Positions 59,931-64,000 of a DNA stretch of 64,000 nucleotides are shown here, one piece after another. The DNA comes from Prorocentrum cordatum (Eukaryota). The stretch lies in NCBI GenBank assembly GCA_963575745.1, contig CAUYUJ010000277.1, positions 1-64,000 on the forward strand, read 5' to 3'. The notes beneath the pieces are model-generated. The model did no database searches. It was not told where the DNA came from and was given only the letters and a program-made list of their open reading frames with translations. A program made the translations under genes and the position numbers. Numbering within the stretch: position 1 is the first letter of the stretch; every line of letters starts with the position of its first letter.

Positions 59931-62900
59931 GTCTTTCCCGCGCCCCCACGCGGACCCCAGGGATGACCCGAAGAGGCCTTCCAGGGACACCCTTTTGCTC
60001 TCAGAGATCTCTCCGTTCACCATGGCTGCCCAGTTTGTTTCACTACGCGTCGTTTCGTCCTTTTTCCCGTCAGCTCTCAGGGGCAGGGTTTCTGACTGGC
60101 CAGGTGGGGATACTTTTTTGGCTGGCGAGCGACGCGGACAGACGCGCGCCGTCTAACAAGTCGTGATGGTGCAGGCCAACCGCAGGCAGCACGCGGAAAG
60201 GGGGGCCACAACGCTGGCGAAAACAACGCGGCGGAAGCGAAAGAGAAAGAGACACACGAGGAGAGCAAGAAGGGCGAAACGAAGCGAGAAAAACGGAAAC
60301 CAAGGACGAGACTGAAGAGAAGGCAAGCCGCAGCTCACGCGCAAACCGGGCAAGAGACGAACGCCCCTTGCCGAACAACCGGAACTTGTATCAAGGCTGA
60401 CCCAAGCCAATCTAAGGCACGCAGTTTAAACGTCACAGAGTGGCCGCTGGTACGAGGGGCGCGTGAGCGTTCGGCAGCTCCAGGAACACGTAGTCAGCCG
60501 CAAGGTCGCTGCCACCGCGAAACGCGAAGGGGCAAGCCACGAGCCCGGCCAAGCCAGCGCGCAGCACCGTCTCGAGTTCACCGCAGAAGGAGCACACTCC
60601 GGTGGCAACAGAAGCATACCAAGTCAGCCGGGGGGGTGACCAGCCTGGGCCTGCCAAGTACGCCAGCTCAGGGCGGGGGGGTGCGCCGCCTGGGACATGA
60701 AGCTCTCTGGGGGTGATCAGCCCTAGCCCGCCGGGCGAGCAGCCTTAGGGCGATAGGGGGATTGCATTGCCTGAGACCTGCAGCTCGAGAAACTTACGCC
60801 TGAGACATATTGGTGGCTGGCCTGGGAGCGGCGAGCGGGGGTGGGGATCCAAACGCCGTCCTGTGCCAAGAGCGGGGTAAAGCAGCCAGCTCGCGGTTGC
60901 ACCGCATGAGAATGCCTGGTGCTCTGGTACGGTGCAGCTAACAGCCGCAGAAATGTGGGAAAGAGGCTGTCGCATGAGACATACTGGAGGTCAGACTGGG
61001 AGAAGCAAGCGGGGGGGAAGCCGATTGCCGCCTACGACCAAGAGTGGGGTGGAGTGTGGATCACCCCTCCTTCTTTCCAGGCCGATCTTTGTTGACTACA
61101 TCTCTCCATGGGGTTCGCCTGCCGCCGTAGTCCACTCGCAGGCTCGCGAATTGCGAGGCAATGTCCGCTGTAAACCACCTTAACTGATAGTATTGCCTTC
61201 CTCGGAAGCCTGATCGTACATGTGACCATATCTGAAATTTCAATGCTAGTGTTCCCACTCTGTTGCATTGCAGCGTCGACGTGTGTCCTAGAGGTACTAT
61301 GTAACCCACGTGCGAAAGAGCTTCTGTCGCTCTGCAACCTCCTGTTTAGTTTTCTTGATCACTATCGGACCCTGCCCGCTCATGTTTGTAACGGGCTGGT
61401 CGGGATACGCGAAGCGTGAAGAATTATACTTCCCGCCCATTGGCAAGCTCCCACGTCGACGCCCCTGAAAGAAAAAACACAAGACGAACCGGTTACCTTC
61501 TCGGTTTTTTTCCTTTCTTTCAGACTGGAGCTCGCGTCCATGGACTGCTTGTGCTATACTTCTCCAGGGACGGATAGGCGACGCTATGTGCTAGGACTGC
61601 TTGAAGGGCGGAGAGGGTGAGGCGAGGAGAGAGCCGGCAAAGGAGAAGAGAGAGGAGGAAAGGGCACTCAGAGGAGCCTTCAAACCTGAGACCTTCATTT
61701 TTCTTCAGGGCAGAGCCCCCGAAGTCCCAACACTTTCTCCGAAAAGGGGGGCTCCTCGACGATGCAGGCAGGCAGGTACCTCCACGATCTGTTTATGCAA
61801 TGGCTCTCGATTCAAGCTGGCACTCCTGCAGAAAGTGAAATGGTGTTTAGAGTTAGATCCTGTTACAACTCTGAAAGTCGCGGCACCTTCCCCAGGGCCA
61901 GGCCGAACATGGCCAAAACCCTGCCGTCGTTATTTTGTCATGACTTGAGGGGGTCTGGGCACCGAACTCCCTGGTCGATCCAACAGCGTGGTGGACACAT
62001 CGAGACCCTCTCAGTGGAGCGAGAGGCCGAAAACTGCCAACAACCTTCCAGCGTGACCTTGTCCCGACACGGGCATGCCTGTGAAGGGCGGCCTCCACAT
62101 CACCTCTCGCGGCCTCTGGCTGGCAGGCGTTGCCGAGCGCCGCCGCCGCCGCGGCCCGCGCTGGGCAGCCCGAAGCGCCGCGCGGGACCAGCCGCAGGAA
62201 TGGCCCGATGTCCTGAGAGGCGTCGATCGGGGGGAATGGCTCGGGGGGGGGGGGGGGAACATCGATGTGGAATCGGCGATACACCGCCGATTTGTCGGCC
62301 ATGGGTCCCTGATAGCGAGTCCGCACCTTCACGGGCGGGGTGGGGCTATCAAGCCCCTGTCAATGATCTATGGGCGATGAGGCGTCGATGTCCCCCCCTG
62401 AAACTAATCCCCCGATGGGTGCCCCCTGGCGGTCGGGTCATCACTCGACTCTCCGGCGGCCGCTCGGGGCGATGTGGTGCCCAGAACGCCCTCGGCGAGG
62501 CGCAGCAGCTGGAAGGCATCCCGAGGCTGGGACACCGCCGAAAACCGACGAAAACGCCCAGATACCTCGAACATCCCAGCCATTCTCGAAAACACCTGGA
62601 AGACCCGAAACGGGTATGGAAAAAATAGGCACGATGCCCGCCAACAAATGTTGTCCAAAACCGACGACAGCGGCCGCTGTTGGACAGGCGGCCTTCTGTC
62701 TCAAATGGACAATCCCCGTAGCGGCACCGACAGCAAATCCTGTTCAGAGTGGACAGGAAACGCAGTCGGTCCCTGCACCCATTGTTTCCGTAACAAGTTC
62801 GAACGTCCCGACATCCCCCCCCATCGTTGCCCCTGACGTCCACGACTGGCAGCGCCACGCCGCGCGCGGCGCCAGCCGCGCCGCGCGCGCGGGGCACCGC

Positions 62901-63855
62901 CACAGCCCGCGCCGGGCAGCGCGGCGCGGGCGGCCCGGCGGCCACGAGCGGCAGCGCCGCCGCGCCGCGCGAGGTGCCGGCCGCGCCGCGTACGCCAGCG
63001 GCTCGCGCGCGCCAGCCAAGCGTGCGGGCGGCAGCGGCCCGCCCTGACAGCGGCATCCGCGCGGGCGGCTAACGCCCGTCTGCCCTGACAACCTCGCGTG
63101 ATGAGCAACCAAACCACCGACAACCACCACAGCAAACCACCACCACCACCACCACCACCACCACCACCACACACACACACACACATTGAAAAAATAACAC
63201 AACACGACTATTTAGATCCGCTGGCCCCCTTGTGGGGCTATCAGGCTGCGAGGCTGACTCTTGCTGCTCCCAGCACCACATTTCCAAGTCTCCAATGTTT
63301 GAGTCCTGCTTTCTGCTTCCAACTGTAGATTGTTGGAGGTCCGCGCGAGGGGGGAGCCAAAAAGAAGCCAGTTACCAGCCCCAACAGGCCAACATCGTTA
63401 ATTTTACAAGTGATTGAAGGAGTCTGGGGTTCTCGCATTTTCGATTTTTCCACGCTCCAAGATGGCTCAAGAAGCTCCAAGACCGCCCCAAGACAGCCAA
63501 AGACGGCCCGAGAGAGTCCCTAGATGGCCTAATGCCCAAGGAGCTATCCGAGAAGCCCAGAGAAGCCCCCAGGAGGCCAGAGGCCCCAAGAGGCGCCCAA
63601 TACGCGCCAAACAGGCCTCCAAGAGGCCCAAAAGATCCCCACGAGGCCCCAAGAGGCGCCGAAACCGCCTCCAAGAGGCCTCCGAGAGGCTCCCCACGAC
63701 ATCCCGACACTTATACAACGGGCCTCAAACCCACAACCCAAACACGGTGGTGGGATGTGCCGAAGGCCACTAGGATCCGCCGCCCCCTGCTGGCTTGCCA
63801 CAGGGGTGCCCGGCGTGCTTGACGCTACCGTTTTTGCCTTCGGTTCTCTTAATAA

Positions 63856-63857
63856 AC

Positions 63858-63912
<55 letters not shown>

Positions 63913-63922
63913 CTACAACATC

Positions 63923-63989
<67 letters not shown>

Positions 63990-64000
63990 GCAACAACCAC
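63856..64000. repeat. (CAA)n microsatellite
   Basis: Directly visible in the sequence. Confidence 0.97.

Noticed and set aside
61000..62050. Possible decayed plus-strand LINE (TSPGTD resembling SPGPDG)
   Set aside because: A single weak motif with no supporting RT motifs that I could read.
63745..63780. Helitron-like 3' end (GCCGAAGGC hairpin plus CTAG)
   Set aside because: The hairpin-to-CTAG spacing is atypical, and no 5' end or Rep/helicase is visible.

Overview
This is repeat-rich, GC-rich eukaryotic DNA, most likely from a dinoflagellate. That assignment is inferred from GA/GC splice donors, AG|G acceptors, spliced-leader-like relics and the retroelement types present. Two host genes are supported: coatomer beta' (COPB2/SEC27), whose first two coding exons are separated by a ~19.4-kb intron, and a 2OG-Fe(II) oxygenase that runs into an assembly gap. 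There is also an intronless, frameshifted gene for a secreted-type protein. The COPB2 intron holds three strongly diverged, head-to-tail copies of an RTE-like non-LTR retrotransposon (APE-RT-C2H2). All three carry a conserved extra ORF of unknown function downstream of the RT ORF, starting in the +1 frame over its 3' end; this is the best candidate for an undescribed system. The window also contains a decayed DIRS-like tyrosine-recombinase retroelement with a C5 DNA methyltransferase inserted inside its RNase H domain, and a Ty1/copia element with ~95-bp LTRs inserted in a (CCT)n tract. The remainder is MITE/foldback elements, 73-, ~82- and ~152-bp tandem arrays and many long microsatellites. 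Most ORF-track entries are artefacts of simple repeats and high GC. No rRNA, tRNA or CRISPR array was seen. All alignments were done by eye.
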